A stretch of DNA of 64,000 nt, taken from assembly GCA_944371305.1 (NCBI GenBank), contig CALVXM010000001.1, positions 39,600-103,599 of the forward strand, given 5' to 3'. This DNA comes from an uncultured Bacilli bacterium. GTDB lineage: Bacteria > Bacillota_I > Bacilli_A > RF39 > UBA660. This document shows positions 54,764 through 63,809 of this stretch, in pieces. The position numbers were made by a program, and so were the translations under genes. Each line of letters begins with the position of its first letter. Position 1 is the stretch's first letter. The notes under the pieces were generated by a model. The model was not told the DNA's origin. It did not search any database and saw only the letters and a list, made by a program, of their open reading frames with translations.

Positions 54764-56689
54764 TTATTTTAGCGAATCGATAATTTTTTTGATAATTTGC
54801 TCGTAACTAAATTCCATTTCATCTAAAACTTCATCTTTTGTGCCACTATAACCAAATCTATCTAAAGTTATCAAATATTTTTCATTATAAACAAAACTTT
54901 CCCAACCATATTTACTACCTGCTTCAACCACAAATGTTCGATATCCTTTTGGTAAAATACTCTCTTGATATTCTTTTGATTGTTTTAAAAATAATTCTCT
55001 TGATGGCATACTAACTACACGAATATCAACCTTATAATTTTCATATAAATAATCAGCAATCTTAATACTTAATTCAACCTCACTACCAGTAGCTATAATA
55101 ATTGCATGTAATTGTTGTTCCTTTCTTACAATATAACCACCATTAGCCACTAATTTATGATTAGTAAGATGATTTACTTCAACCTCATTTCTTGATAAAA
55201 CTAAACAACTTGGTTTTTGATTATTAATGATATATTCCCAACAACCGATAATTTCTTTAATATCGGCTGGCCTAAACACAGTCATATTAGGAATACTTCT
55301 TAAAGAAATTAATTGTTCGATTGGTTGATGAGTTGGACCATCTTGACCAATATTAATTGAATCGTGGGTAAAAATATAAGTAACAGGTAAATTCATCAAA
55401 GCACTAAGACGAATAGCCGGTTTTAAATAATCAGAAAAAACTAAGAATGTCGATCCAAAACAATTAAATCCACTTAAAGCAAGACCATTTAAAACAGATC
55501 CCATCGCATGTTCCCTAACTCCAAAATTAATATTATCACCAGTAAAATTATCAAGATTATTACTTAAAACTGCCTTAGTTGAAGATCCTAAATCCGCACT
55601 ACCACCGATAAAATTAGGAATCCTCTTAGCAATTTCCTTCATAACTTTACCATTACTAACTCTTAAAGATTCAACTAAATTGCTATCAAATTCTAAATCT
55701 GATAAATCTAATTTAATATTTTCCTTATGATAATTCAAATCATTAACCAATTTATGAAATAATTCATATTTTTTATTACTTCTTTCACTTATTTGTTTAG
55801 TAAAATTCTCTTTTGCCTCCAAATTAACATAAAATTCGGTTGGATCAATTTTAAGTTTTAATTTTAATTTATTTATATCATCTTTATCCAAAGGTGAACC
55901 ATGAACTTTATTAGTGTTTTCATTAATTGATCCTTCGCCAATAATTGTTTTAACTTCAATCAAAGTCGGTTTATCACTTTTTTTAGCTTCTTCAATTGCT
56001 TTATCAATGCTAGAAATACTATTATTTTTAACTAATATCGTATTCCAATTTAATGCTTTAAAGCGATCAATAACATTTTCATCAAAGACGTTTTCAGTTC
56101 TACCATCTAAACTAACATTATTAGAATCATATAAAACAATTAAATTATTTAGTTTTAAACTTCCTGCTAACGATGTAGCCTCATAACTAACACCTTCCAT
56201 TAAGTCACCATCACCACACAAAACATAAACGTGATAATCAAATAAACTTTGCTCTTTTCCTAATTTGCTTTTTTTAGGTAATTCATACTTTTTATTCAAT
56301 ATTTTTCCTGCTAAAGCCATACCTACAGCAGACGCAATTCCTTGACCTAAAGGACCGGTCGACATATCGACTCCTTCAGTGATACCAAATTCAGGATGAC
56401 CAGGTGTTTTAGAATGAATATGCCTAAATTGTTTTAAATCATCAATAGTTAAATTAAATCCCGCCATATATAAAGTTGCATACAATAAAGCTGAACCATG
56501 ACCTGCTGACAATACAAAACGATCCCTATTTTCCCATAATGGATCATTAGGATTAACATTCATATGTTTAGCATAAACCGTGTAGATAATGTTTGCTGCA
56601 CCTAAAACAATTCCTGGATGACCACTATTAGCCATATCAATCATATCGATACCTAAAGATTTAATGTTACTAACAATTTCTCTATCCAT
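54764..56689 (-). CDS. tkt: Transketolase
   Basis: ThDP-binding N-terminus ..ANSGHPG..G; GDGDLMEG; 641 aa; GAGGTG Shine-Dalgarno before ATG. Confidence 0.9.
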   Translation of the reverse strand: MDREIVSNIKSLGIDMIDMANSGHPGIVLGAANIIYTVYAKHMNVNPNDPLWENRDRFVLSAGHGSALLYATLYMAGFNLTIDDLKQFRHIHSKTPGHPEFGITEGVDMSTGPLGQGIASAVGMALAGKILNKKYELPKKSKLGKEQSLFDYHVYVLCGDGDLMEGVSYEATSLAGSLKLNNLIVLYDSNNVSLDGRTENVFDENVIDRFKALNWNTILVKNNSISSIDKAIEEAKKSDKPTLIEVKTIIGEGSINENTNKVHGSPLDKDDINKLKLKLKIDPTEFYVNLEAKENFTKQISERSNKKYELFHKLVNDLNYHKENIKLDLSDLEFDSNLVESLRVSNGKVMKEIAKRIPNFIGGSADLGSSTKAVLSNNLDNFTGDNINFGVREHAMGSVLNGLALSGFNCFGSTFLVFSDYLKPAIRLSALMNLPVTYIFTHDSINIGQDGPTHQPIEQLISLRSIPNMTVFRPADIKEIIGCWEYIINNQKPSCLVLSRNEVEVNHLTNHKLVANGGYIVRKEQQLHAIIIATGSEVELSIKIADYLYENYKVDIRVVSMPSRELFLKQSKEYQESILPKGYRTFVVEAGSKYGWESFVYNEKYLITLDRFGYSGTKDEVLDEMEFSYEQIIKKIIDSLK

Positions 56690-56739
56690 ATCATCACCTC
56701 AATTATATAACATATTATAACATATTTTAGAATAAAAAA

Positions 56740-56915
56740 AAAGTCCAAGAATGCGGGCCCTTAACGATAAAACCTAGTCTCTACCAGGTGGGCATCACAT
56801 CATCAATTTTAGGATTCTCAAAATTAATTGAGCCTTCAACACCATCGATGAATTAGATTCCCAATATTCGTTAATCAGTCGGTTTTTCTAAATGAGCTTA
56901 TCGCTATCCTTAGAC
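56740..56915 (-). ncRNA. Candidate small/structured RNA or tkt 5' leader (about 175 nt, GC-rich island, extended -10 TGgTATAAT at 56922-56930, 3' T9)
   Basis: Local GC far above flanks (gggcccgc, cccacctgg); no ORF; family not identified; no clean terminator hairpin found. Confidence 0.2.
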
Positions 56916-56965
56916 AATTATATTATACCATAAATTATTAAAAATATCATAATTTTAAATATTTT

Positions 56966-57745
56966 TCATATTTTCCCATTTTTATAACCTAAAATTGTGT
57001 TTAAATTAACATTTTTAGTACTAGTCATAATATTAACATCAGCTTTACTATATATCTTATTTAATTCTTTTACTAAATTTTTAATAACTACTCTTTGACC
57101 GGAATTTTTTTTAGTTACAGAACAAGCACAATCTAAAAATTCTAATTCATTATTTTTAGCCCATTTTATTATGTCATCCTCCTTAACATAATAAAGTGGT
57201 CTTATTAATGTCATACCTTCAAAATTAGTACTATTTACCTTTGGAACCATACTACTAAAATTACCGTTAAAAATCATATTAAGTAAAACCGTTTCAATAA
57301 CATCGTTAAAATGATGACCCAAAGCGATTTTATTACAACCGATACTTTTTGCATAACTATATAAATAACCTCTCCGCATCTTTGCACACATATAACAAGG
57401 ATTGTCAGTCGTATCAGCTATATTAAATATCGGTGTTTCAAATATCTTAGCATCTATATTCAAATTTTCTAAATTTTCCTTTATTTTATCGATATTTTCT
57501 TTACTATAACCAGGATTCATAACAATAAATTCTAAATCAAAATTAAATTTGCCATGCCTTTTTATTTCTTGCATACACTTAGCTAATAAAAATGAATCTT
57601 TTCCTCCACTAATACATATAGCAATTTTATCATTTTCTTCAATTAAATTAAATTCTTTTATTGCTTTAACAAAAGGAACAAATATTTTCTTTCGATACTT
57701 TTTTATAATACTTCTTTCAATTTCTTTTAATTCCATAAACATCAC
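56966..57745 (-). CDS. PP-loop ATPase, tRNA 2-thiocytidine synthetase TtcA-like
   Basis: PP-loop ICISGGKDS, CxxC pair CYMCAKMRRG, 259 aa. Confidence 0.7.
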   Translation of the reverse strand: MMFMELKEIERSIIKKYRKKIFVPFVKAIKEFNLIEENDKIAICISGGKDSFLLAKCMQEIKRHGKFNFDLEFIVMNPGYSKENIDKIKENLENLNIDAKIFETPIFNIADTTDNPCYMCAKMRRGYLYSYAKSIGCNKIALGHHFNDVIETVLLNMIFNGNFSSMVPKVNSTNFEGMTLIRPLYYVKEDDIIKWAKNNELEFLDCACSVTKKNSGQRVVIKNLVKELNKIYSKADVNIMTSTKNVNLNTILGYKNGKI

Positions 57746-57943
57746 ATATGTATTATATCAAAAACTATCTACATACGTAATAACTTTTATTAAATTATAA
57801 TAAAAAGAATTCAAAGTTTGAATTTTTTACTAAACTGTTTTTATTCTAGTTGTAAATTACTAATATTTTTAGGTTTAACCTAGGGAATAAAACTTGTTTC
57901 CTAATGCTTCTCTTTATCTAACCATAGTCACATAAATCTCAGT

Positions 57944-58927
57944 TTAAAAGGAATATGCACGGACGTCGGTGGTATTCGTCGGGTTGTTGTAGAAGTTGCC
58001 ATAGCCATAGACGCGACGAACGTAAGACGAACTATATCTATTTCCTAACCAAAAATAATCTTTTATATCTAAATATGAATTAGTTCCACCTGCTCTTACA
58101 TATTGATTTTCATCTAATAATCCTACTTTTTTAGTTACTGTTATTTCATCGACATCTGTATATATTCCTACATTAAATGTATTGTCTTTTATATTATTTT
58201 GAATGCTACCATCTAAACTATTATAAAAATATTCATTTAACCAATTATTGATATAACTTGCTTCATATTCTTCTTCTGTTTCCCATACATCATAAGCTGG
58301 ACTAATTGCTGTCAATGGTTGTTGAGATACCAATAATAATGTATTCTCTTCTGTATCAATTTCTACTATTCGCCAATGATGACCCCCATACCATAAATAA
58401 TTATTAGTAACTTCGTCATTTGTACCTTTATAATAATATATATTACTATTTGTTTCATCTTGCACTAATCCTTTGGTTCCAACTTGTTCTAATAATGTTG
58501 ATATTAAATTTGTCTCTGGGTCCTCTGGTAGCTTGACACCACATTCTTCTTCATCAATGGAAAAACTTCCATCACCACATAATGTAAATTTATGAGTATT
58601 ACTATTGACTACTAAATTTGTTACTTTACCATTACTGTATTCTACTTCTAATACTTCGGCATTTCCTAAACTTACCATCTTACTTACTTCTTCAGTTGTT
58701 ACTCCATCGGCACATATATCTTCTGTTCCATTTAATTGATTTTTTACTTTACTAGTAGCACAGTAATTATTAATGCCACTTAATATCATACTTGCTTCTG
58801 ATTTGCCCGCACTCTTTCTTGCATCATCAATGACATTTAAGATAATTGGTGTGGCTATCAAAGCTATTATAGCTAATATTATAATAACTGCTAATAATTC
58901 TATTAACGTAAATCATTTTTTCTTCAT
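57944..58927 (-). pseudogene. Prepilin-type N-terminal domain protein (pilin-like family member D, about 327 aa; N-terminal 120 aa about 85% identical to member B plus a roughly 170 aa C-terminal extension) carrying an in-frame TGA at codon 5, exactly the Gly(-1) position
   Basis: ATG 58927 after a GAGGAG Shine-Dalgarno: ATG AAG AAA AAA TGA TTT ACG TTA ATA GAA TTA TTA = MKKK-stop-FTLIELLAVIIILAIIALIATPIIL...; paralogue B has TGC GGA at the same place. Confidence 0.6.
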
Positions 58928-59092
58928 AAACATTCTCCTCACTTCTATTATGTCTTATCTTTATATTGTCTATTCTATAATTTTATTTTAACTTATATTA
59001 GATTATAAGGCAATTATCTTTTTTAATAATATGTGACATTTTTGATGTGAGGTAATTTTTTTATTTTTAAATTAAACAAATAACAATTTAAT

Positions 59093-59161
59093 CTATAAAG
59101 GTTTTTGCCCCCCCCCATGTGTGCTATTTGCTAATTTGGCTGTTACCTTATTTTCTATCAT
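59093..59161 (-). CDS. Candidate leader peptide ORF (22 codons, MIENKVTAKLANSTHGGGQKPL) containing a G9 (plus-strand C9, 59108-59116) homopolymer
   Basis: Paralogous to 22519-22590; the G9 tract encodes GGG within the ORF. Confidence 0.35.
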   Translation of the reverse strand: MIENKVTAKLANSTHGGGQKPL

Positions 59162-59189
59162 CTTACTACACCTACTCTTTCTATTAATA

Positions 59190-59218
59190 ATTATATATTA
59201 TTTATCAATTTAAAACAA
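59190..59218 (-). promoter_or_regulatory. Sigma-70-type promoter TTGTTT-N17-TATAAT driving the leader ORF and pilin-like gene D
   Basis: Exact hexamers, 17-nt spacer; conserved with copy B. Confidence 0.5.
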
Positions 59219-59307
59219 GATTTTATTAAATAAAATTTTGGAATACCAAAAAAATGTAGATATCTCTTTTTTGACATATCTACATTTAATATATTACTTC
59301 GATTCAA

Positions 59308-60675
59308 CTATGATATTTTAAAAGAATTATCCAAACTATCTTTAGGAAATCTAACTACTTCATCAGTCAAATGATTAATTCTAAAGATTTCATTATCAAC
59401 GATATTATCACCATAAGTACCAATATAAAAACTATTCACACCAGCAATATAATTAGCATCACCATAAGTTCCATGTTGCCAATTCTTTAAATAATTAATT
59501 GTTGCTTTAAAATTACTATATTTATTTTCATCTAAAGCTTTAGCAAAACCGATTGGATCATTATGAACCATTTTAACGTACTTAATCCAACCAATATCAT
59601 TATAATCAACTACAACATCATCAAATGTTCTGCCAGTCTCATCAGCATAAATAGCTACTATTAGATCCATCAATCCTTGACCATAATTGTAAGATTGTAA
59701 AGCCATTTTCTCATTACCATGATATTTCTCTAAAACTTTTTGATAACGCATAATTCCCATTTTTATATTAGTTTTTTTATCGATAGCATTATCTAGTGTT
59801 TCATAAATCGTTTCTTCTTCGCTTGTTGTATAATTAAATGCGGTAATTTTTTGCCCATTAGGCGATTCTAATTGACAAATTCCTACGCCAAAACCATTAT
59901 AGTTACTACCGCCAGGAATCGTTGTCTCATGACTTAAACTGGACTCCTTCATAATTAAACAAAGAAATATATATGGATCTATTCCAAAATCATTAGCAGT
60001 TTTTAAAAAGTAATTGCCATCATCAGAATTCAAAAAATTCTTTATTTTATTAATTGTATAATTATCAATTTTAGTACTAATTGGAATTGTAGAACTATTA
60101 GCAACCTCATTGTTAATCACTTTCAAAGTTTGTTCTAAACGATTATTTAAAGTATTATCTAAAGCTTCATAAACAGGTTTTTCTAAATCATCTTCTATAA
60201 CATTATTATAAGAAAGAGCAAATTCTTGTTCAATTTTAGGAATTTCATTTTCGATAATATTTTCCTGAACAACAGTTTGAGTAGTGTTTATATCACTTTT
60301 GTCTAAAACTTGTTTAGCAAGATGAATTGAACCAATCAAGGTAACCGTAGTAAGCGCTAAAGCAGCAATCCGCTTTTTATTATAATTTACCTTCTTAACA
60401 ATAGGAGTTGCCTCATCGATTCCATCTAGTATGGCATGATATAATCTTGAATCAATATGCTTTTTGTACGATTTTAAAGTAAGGGAATTACTACGGTTAT
60501 AAATAATCTTAATATCATTTGCCCGCATCTCAACTAATCTAGGATTGTTAGGTAAACTCTCTATCAAAGCTCGCATTTTAGAAGTACTGTTACTTCTTCT
60601 CACTCTTTTTTGAGGAGTTCTTTCAATAATTGTCTGTTTATATTTACCATTAGAATAATCGATAATTATTTCCAT
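59308..60675 (-). CDS. Bitopic membrane protein with C-terminal SLT-like (lytic transglycosylase / lysozyme-like) domain
   Basis: TM segment IAALALTTVTLIGSIHLA around residue 105; SLT-like motifs MKESS (catalytic E-S), GVGICQL (GLMQ-like), SYNYGQG (AYNAG-like). Confidence 0.45.
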   Translation of the reverse strand: MEIIIDYSNGKYKQTIIERTPQKRVRRSNSTSKMRALIESLPNNPRLVEMRANDIKIIYNRSNSLTLKSYKKHIDSRLYHAILDGIDEATPIVKKVNYNKKRIAALALTTVTLIGSIHLAKQVLDKSDINTTQTVVQENIIENEIPKIEQEFALSYNNVIEDDLEKPVYEALDNTLNNRLEQTLKVINNEVANSSTIPISTKIDNYTINKIKNFLNSDDGNYFLKTANDFGIDPYIFLCLIMKESSLSHETTIPGGSNYNGFGVGICQLESPNGQKITAFNYTTSEEETIYETLDNAIDKKTNIKMGIMRYQKVLEKYHGNEKMALQSYNYGQGLMDLIVAIYADETGRTFDDVVVDYNDIGWIKYVKMVHNDPIGFAKALDENKYSNFKATINYLKNWQHGTYGDANYIAGVNSFYIGTYGDNIVDNEIFRINHLTDEVVRFPKDSLDNSFKIS

Positions 60676-60679
60676 ATTC

Positions 60680-61246
60680 TCACCTTTTTATACTTACACT
60701 AATTCCATCACCAACGTCATAAAACGTTGTATCATAATCCTTATTTTCTTTTAAAAAATCGATATAATTATTAATTTTTTTTACTAATTGTCTTAAATTT
60801 TTACTCATTTCTTGTCTGCTATTTACTAAACCATGAAAATTCAAATTATCTGTTATAACATATTTTTTATCATTCAAATTAGGAGTAAATTTATTAAAGA
60901 ATTTTATATTTTGTGCTTTAGCAGCATCGATAAAAATCAAATCAAAAGAATCAGTTAAAGAAACATTAAAAGCATCATCACAAATCAAAGTTATTCTATC
61001 CTCTAAATTATACTTAGAAATATTTTTAACTGCTTCTTTATATCTAGATACATCTCTTTCAATAGAAGTAATATAAATGTCATCAGCTACTAAAGCCATT
61101 TTAATAGCAGAATAACCAATAGCTGTTCCGATTTCTAAAATCGATTTGATATTATTTTTCTTAATAAAACCAGTCAAAAAATTTATACCATCTTTTTGCA
61201 TTATTGGAATATTATATTTTTTAGCATATTCTTCTATTTCTAACAT
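60680..61246 (-). CDS. Class I SAM-dependent O-methyltransferase (YrrM-like)
   Basis: SAM motif LEIGTAIGYSAIKMA; DLIFIDAAK; syntenic with mltG as in Bacillus yrrM. Confidence 0.7.
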   Translation of the reverse strand: MLEIEEYAKKYNIPIMQKDGINFLTGFIKKNNIKSILEIGTAIGYSAIKMALVADDIYITSIERDVSRYKEAVKNISKYNLEDRITLICDDAFNVSLTDSFDLIFIDAAKAQNIKFFNKFTPNLNDKKYVITDNLNFHGLVNSRQEMSKNLRQLVKKINNYIDFLKENKDYDTTFYDVGDGISVSIKR

Positions 61247-62289
61247 GATCTACCTAAATATAGTAAACATTTTTCTTGATGTTCACTATAGGTAGTTGAA
61301 TAGTAAGTTTTATTAGAACTGCTATCATAAACATCAGCTAAAAAATATAAATAATCATTATCATCAGGATACAACACTGCCTTAATACTTGCTTCACTAG
61401 GTAATCCGCCAGGGCCAACTGGCAATCCGTAATATTTATAAGTATTATAAGGAGAATCGACTGCTAAATCACTATTAGTATAAGATAATTTCCATTCATC
61501 AATCGCATAACCAATAGTAGCACAACTTTGTAACATCATATCAATATCCAATCGATTTAAAAATACTCTTGCAATCTTAGGACGATCCTCATCTAAAATA
61601 GCTTCATGTTCGACAATAGAGGCTAAAGTAAGTATTTCATGAGGAGAATATTCGCTTTTTTCAATTTCAGTTTTATATTTAGATAAAACTTCATCCATTT
61701 TATCTAACATTTTATAAGTTATTTCTTCCATAGTTGCGTCTGGATATATCTCATAAGTGTCAGGGAAAAAATAACCTTCTAAATTATGTTTTAAATTATT
61801 ATTTTTTACTTCATCAGTAATAAACCAATATTTAGTAATTACTTTATTTAACAAATCAGAAGAATCCCAATAATTAAGTAAATCAGCACTTTTAATATTT
61901 GTTTTTTCACTAATGTAATCAGCCACATCAGTAATATGTTTACCTTCTGGAATTGTGAAAGAAACAGTTGTAGCATCATCATTTTCTAATGTTTCGATGA
62001 TTTTTTTAACTCCCATATTTTGATTTAAAACATAAGTACCTTTTTTTAAATTTTGTGGATTAAATATCTTAACATAAATTTTATAAAAAGTTTCTGATCT
62101 AATTAACCCACTTTCTTTTAATTGAGGAGCAATCGATAAATAACTACTATTTTCCGAAACTGTAAAAGATACTTCTTTGCTTTCTTTACTAACAGCCCCT
62201 ATTCCATAATTATAAGATAGACATCCAACTAAAATAACCACAACTAAAACAACAATAATAAATTTATAGACTGTAACGTACTTCTTCAT
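61240..62289 (-). CDS. mltG: Endolytic murein transglycosylase MltG (YceG-like)
   Basis: N-terminal TM anchor, LASIVEHEA catalytic-region signature, 349 aa. Confidence 0.8.
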   Translation of the reverse strand: MKKYVTVYKFIIVVLVVVILVGCLSYNYGIGAVSKESKEVSFTVSENSSYLSIAPQLKESGLIRSETFYKIYVKIFNPQNLKKGTYVLNQNMGVKKIIETLENDDATTVSFTIPEGKHITDVADYISEKTNIKSADLLNYWDSSDLLNKVITKYWFITDEVKNNNLKHNLEGYFFPDTYEIYPDATMEEITYKMLDKMDEVLSKYKTEIEKSEYSPHEILTLASIVEHEAILDEDRPKIARVFLNRLDIDMMLQSCATIGYAIDEWKLSYTNSDLAVDSPYNTYKYYGLPVGPGGLPSEASIKAVLYPDDNDYLYFLADVYDSSSNKTYYSTTYSEHQEKCLLYLGRSC

Positions 62290-62303
62290 AATATAAAACG
62301 AGC

Positions 62304-62597
62304 TTATTGCTCGCTATCCTCCATATCTGTTTTAACCTCTTCTTGCAATTCGTCTAAAATAGTTTCAATAATTTTCCATTCTTTTTCAGTTTCAATAGCG
62401 GTTAAATTTAAATTTTCTTGATTTGGAGTATAAATAGAAGCATATACTTTAGTATTTCCTTCCTCATCAGTTGTATTATCAGTATATACTATATAATTTT
62501 TACCTGTTTCATCTGATTCAAATGTAAACAAAACTTCACATTCAATTTCTTTTCCTTGATCATCTATTACTTTAAATTTCATTTGTTCTTCTTTCAT
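62304..62597 (-). CDS. DUF1292 (YrzB-like) protein
   Basis: 97 aa, FKVIDDQGKEIECEVLFTF..TGKNYIVY typical of the family; conserved position between ruvX and mltG. Confidence 0.65.
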   Translation of the reverse strand: MKEEQMKFKVIDDQGKEIECEVLFTFESDETGKNYIVYTDNTTDEEGNTKVYASIYTPNQENLNLTAIETEKEWKIIETILDELQEEVKTDMEDSEQ

Positions 62598-62599
62598 AT

Positions 62600-63004
62600 T
62601 TAATTTCCTTTCCTATCTAAAAACGTTTGTAATATTATAGTGGCAGCTAAAGCATCGACTTTTTCTTTTCTTTTTTTTCTTGATAAATCAGCTTCGATCA
62701 TATAATTGTGGGCTGAAACGGTCGATAACCTTTCATCTTGTAATTCAACTTTGTAATTTAATTGTTCCAACTTTTTTTTAAATTCTAGAGTTTCTAAAGC
62801 TTTCGGTCCTAACGTATTATTCATATTTTTAGGCAATCCTAAAACAAGTATATCGATATTATATTCTTTAATAACCTTTTCTAGTTCTTCAATTAAGTTA
62901 TCAATATTTTCATATCTAATTGTTTTTAAGGAAGTGGCAATAACTCCTTTAGAAAGCGCTAAACCTAATGTTTTAGCTCCTAAATCTAATCCTAAATAGT
63001 TCAT
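62600..63004 (-). CDS. ruvX: Putative pre-16S rRNA nuclease / Holliday-junction resolvase-like YqgF (RuvX)
   Basis: N-terminal LGLDLGAKTLGLALS, RNase H-like fold size (134 aa). Confidence 0.85.
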   Translation of the reverse strand: MNYLGLDLGAKTLGLALSKGVIATSLKTIRYENIDNLIEELEKVIKEYNIDILVLGLPKNMNNTLGPKALETLEFKKKLEQLNYKVELQDERLSTVSAHNYMIEADLSRKKRKEKVDALAATIILQTFLDRKGN

Positions 63005-63240
63005 TTTATAAAACTATCAACTAAAACTTCCAAAACTCTCGTTCGATCAAATTTTGTTATTTTATTCCTTGCTTCTTTATGTGAAGAAATATACCCAGGA
63101 TCACCACTCATCAAATAACCGACTAATTGATTTTTAGCATTGTAACCTCGTTCTTCAAGAATTTCAATCACTTCTTTAATCGTATCAGCAATCAAAGTAG
63201 CTTCAATTTCATCAGTTGTAAAAATTTTGGTTTCATCCAT
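63001..63240 (-). CDS. UPF0297 / DUF965 protein (YrzL / IreB-like)
   Basis: ..NQLVGYLMSGDPGYISSHKEARN.I matches the YrzL family; 79 aa; 4-nt overlap with ruvX. Confidence 0.8.
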   Translation of the reverse strand: MDETKIFTTDEIEATLIADTIKEVIEILEERGYNAKNQLVGYLMSGDPGYISSHKEARNKITKFDRTRVLEVLVDSFIK

Positions 63241-63318
63241 AATAACACCACCTTATTACATTTTAATTTTATCAAATATTTAATCTTTTTACAAGACTAT
63301 CTTTTGAAAAAAAACGTT

Positions 63319-63741
63319 TTAAAAAACGTCTTTCTTAAATGTATTAGTTTTTGTAAAATTCAAAACATCATCAGTACTAGGTAAATTAAATTTTTCTAAA
63401 TCGTCAAGCATAGAAACCGGTATATCAGCAAAAATAAAAAATTCATCATCTTCTTTTTTAATACTGGCATCTATTCCCATTTCTTTTAATATCAAAACTG
63501 TTAAATCATACACTTTCGTACGAAAATAAATTTCTTTTTCTAATTCAAATTTGTTATCAAAATTAGAAATTATATCATCAGAACAAACAACATGACAAAA
63601 CGTTTGATAAGAAGATTTATCTTTTAAATGCCATTGTGTAAAGCCACGTGTAAATACTTTTAAAACTAACAATTTGGCCTCGATAATTAATTTTTCTCTA
63701 ATGATATTTTGTTTCAAATTATCTAAATTCCTTAAATTCAT
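63319..63741 (-). CDS. Hypothetical protein (140 aa)
   Basis: ORF with an AAGGGGGAT Shine-Dalgarno; no motif. Confidence 0.4.
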   Translation of the reverse strand: MNLRNLDNLKQNIIREKLIIEAKLLVLKVFTRGFTQWHLKDKSSYQTFCHVVCSDDIISNFDNKFELEKEIYFRTKVYDLTVLILKEMGIDASIKKEDDEFFIFADIPVSMLDDLEKFNLPSTDDVLNFTKTNTFKKDVF

Positions 63742-63809
63742 AAATATCCCCCTTGAGATAGTATTTTATATTTAATTCTATTAAAACTCAAGATAAAAGA
63801 CTATTCTAA

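Noticed and set aside
56733-56930. Assignment of the GC-rich island to SRP RNA, 6S RNA or a TPP riboswitch
   Set aside because: A partial ACCAGGU match to the SRP helix-8 region is not followed by the GGAAGGAAGCAGC motif. No TPP or T-box consensus blocks were found, so it is left unassigned.
57944-58927. Possibility that TGA encodes Trp (Mollicutes/genetic code 4), suggested by the AT-richness and the in-frame TGA in pilin-like gene D
   Set aside because: Long essential ORFs (priA 743 aa, addA 1027 aa, relA 715 aa, tkt 641 aa) are uninterrupted under the standard code, and their Trp residues are encoded by TGG. A code-4 genome would scatter TGA through these genes. A full peptidoglycan pathway is also present.
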